This document shows, piece by piece, positions 62,896 through 64,000 of a DNA stretch of 64,000 nt (its first letter is position 1; each line of letters opens with the position of its first letter). Made by a program: the position numbers and the translations under genes. The notes under the pieces are model-generated. The model was not told the origin of the DNA. It saw nothing but the letters and a program-made list of their open reading frames with translations, and made no database searches. Source of the DNA: a virus. Taxonomy: Duplodnaviria > Caudoviricetes. The stretch lies in IMG/VR virus record IMGVR_UViG_3300045391_002348, positions 16,889-80,888 of that record, one strand, 5' to 3'.

Positions 62896-63113
62896 CTGGG
62901 CCTCCTCATCACGCCGTGCTCGTCCACGGTCCACCTGCGGTTCTTCAACACCTCGATCTTACTCTCGATGGCATCCTGGATCAGACCCTCCGGGGTGACG
63001 GTGACCCCGAGCGGCACCTCTCGCTCCATCAGGTTCTTCACACTGAGTGAGGCCATGTCCTCGGCAGAGGGCTCGCACTTCATCAAGCTTAGAGAGGCGT
63101 ATGACACCCTCAC
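62892..63113 (-). CDS. Hypothetical protein
   Basis: GTGA overlap. Confidence 0.55.
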   Translation of the reverse strand: MRVSYASLSLMKCEPSAEDMASLSVKNLMEREVPLGVTVTPEGLIQDAIESKIEVLKNRRWTVDEHGVMRRPR

Positions 63114-63544
63114 ACTCCCTCGGTACTGGGGCGATCGGCTACCTTCTTGAGCCCCTGGGAGGTCTCGATGGCCTGCCCCTGGAGCTTCTCGACCTCGGCA
63201 GTCACCTGCTCGATCATCTTCAGGGTCTCCTCGGCCTGGTTGGCGAGGTCCCTGGCTGTCTTGTCCAGGAGGTCGGCGACCATCTCGCAGCGCTCCTCGA
63301 AGGCCCTCGCAGAGGACATCACAGAGGCGCCCAGGGTCCTAACCGCGTCGGCTCCCTTGGAGCCTACCGTGGACATAGCCGTAGCTACGCCCTCTCTGTG
63401 CACCTTCGGAGCGTACTCTGAGACCACCGGGGCGGGCTGGCTCTTGTGCGGGCCCTCGTGACCTACTCTGAAACTGCACCTGGTCCCGGTGTCAAGGTCC
63501 ATCCCGCTGCACCTGCGGTTTCCACCACTCTCATCGAAAGACAT
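63110..63544 (-). CDS. Protein with C..C..GHxGPH metal-binding motif and coiled coil
   Basis: SD GGAGG; CSGM...CSFRVGHEGPH. Confidence 0.65.
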   Translation of the reverse strand: MSFDESGGNRRCSGMDLDTGTRCSFRVGHEGPHKSQPAPVVSEYAPKVHREGVATAMSTVGSKGADAVRTLGASVMSSARAFEERCEMVADLLDKTARDLANQAEETLKMIEQVTAEVEKLQGQAIETSQGLKKVADRPSTEGV

Positions 63545-63581
63545 ATCAAGCCTCCACTTGATTGTTTATAAAAAACTGTGA

Positions 63582-63625
63582 CCGGAGGAGGCCACCACGG
63601 GGCCAACCCAAAAAGCCTCCTCCGG
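63582..63625 (-). terminator. 11-bp stem hairpin followed by a T6 tract
   Basis: CCGGAGGAGGC/GCCTCCTCCGG, then TCACAGTTTTTT on the minus strand. Confidence 0.5.
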
Positions 63626-63649
63626 CCGGTCAATCGCCCTGCCGGGCGA

Positions 63650-63928
63650 TCACTTCGGCAGATAATCTGACACCCTCTTGGCGTACCCGACCAAGTCGTC
63701 CCAGTGGTCCTTGTAGTTCGGGTCGCCGTGAAGTATCCTGCCGATCTTGTGTGCAAACATATCCAGGGCCTCTTTCTGCCAGGGTTCCAGCTTCTCCCAG
63801 CCGGGCTGGGCTCTCATGAGGTCCTTGTGGGCCTGCATGTAGACGGTATTCTCTCGGAATACGCCGTGCGTCCCCTGACGCTCAGCTATCAGATCATCGG
63901 TCGTTCTAACAACTAGCTGCTTTGCCAT
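63650..63928 (-). CDS. DUF6378-like protein
   Basis: ERQGTHG...KIGRILHGDPNYKDHWDDLVGYA. Confidence 0.75.
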   Translation of the reverse strand: MAKQLVVRTTDDLIAERQGTHGVFRENTVYMQAHKDLMRAQPGWEKLEPWQKEALDMFAHKIGRILHGDPNYKDHWDDLVGYAKRVSDYLPK

Positions 63929-64000
63929 ACTATACTCCTACTGTCGAGCCGCGGCGGACGGGAGGGGCTTGCATGTGGCTAGCCCACCTTTGCGAGAGGG

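Noticed and set aside
1-64000. CRISPR array, reverse transcriptase/DGR/retron, integrase, rRNA
   Set aside because: No regularly spaced repeat-spacer units, no YxDD RT ORF, no recombinase motifs and no rRNA-like sequence were seen by eye.

Overview
About 64 kb of a tailed dsDNA bacteriophage genome (GC-rich, contractile P2-like tail, DUF2184-type capsid). The host is probably an alphaproteobacterium such as a Rhizobiales member; this is inferred from protein style only. 1-35.9 kb (+ strand) is the virion operon: end of a DUF2213 gene, decoration protein, capsid, neck, baseplate V/W/J/I, fibres, sheath, tube, chaperone, tape measure, U/X/D. It continues with Ser/Ala-repeat fibre-like proteins interleaved with an FkbM-GT9 fusion and a second methyltransferase, then a lysis region with two putative endolysins. 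36-64 kb (- strand, with one antisense nuclease) holds early and replication genes: SF2 helicase, a Ycf46-like AAA operon behind sigma70-like promoters, and a family A DNA polymerase. It also holds a ~10 kb nucleotide-metabolism/DNA-modification cluster: dCMP deaminase, MazG-like, thymidylate-synthase-fold enzyme with the dCMP-type Asp, HAD phosphatase, ThyX, amino-MTase, exonuclease, a divergent C5-cytosine MTase and an AsnB-like amidotransferase. Four HNH genes are scattered through this arm, three inside the cluster. The top candidate for a new system is the C5-MTase homologue with Lys in place of the motif X Asn (GKAMP) next to an AsnB-like enzyme. This predicts carboxymethylation of cytosine followed by amidation, which is a hypothesis and untested. 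No integrase, tRNA, CRISPR array or reverse transcriptase was recognised. Family names come from motif recognition by eye, not database searches. Three genes carry +1 frameshifts and one has an in-frame stop; these may be real decay or sequence errors.
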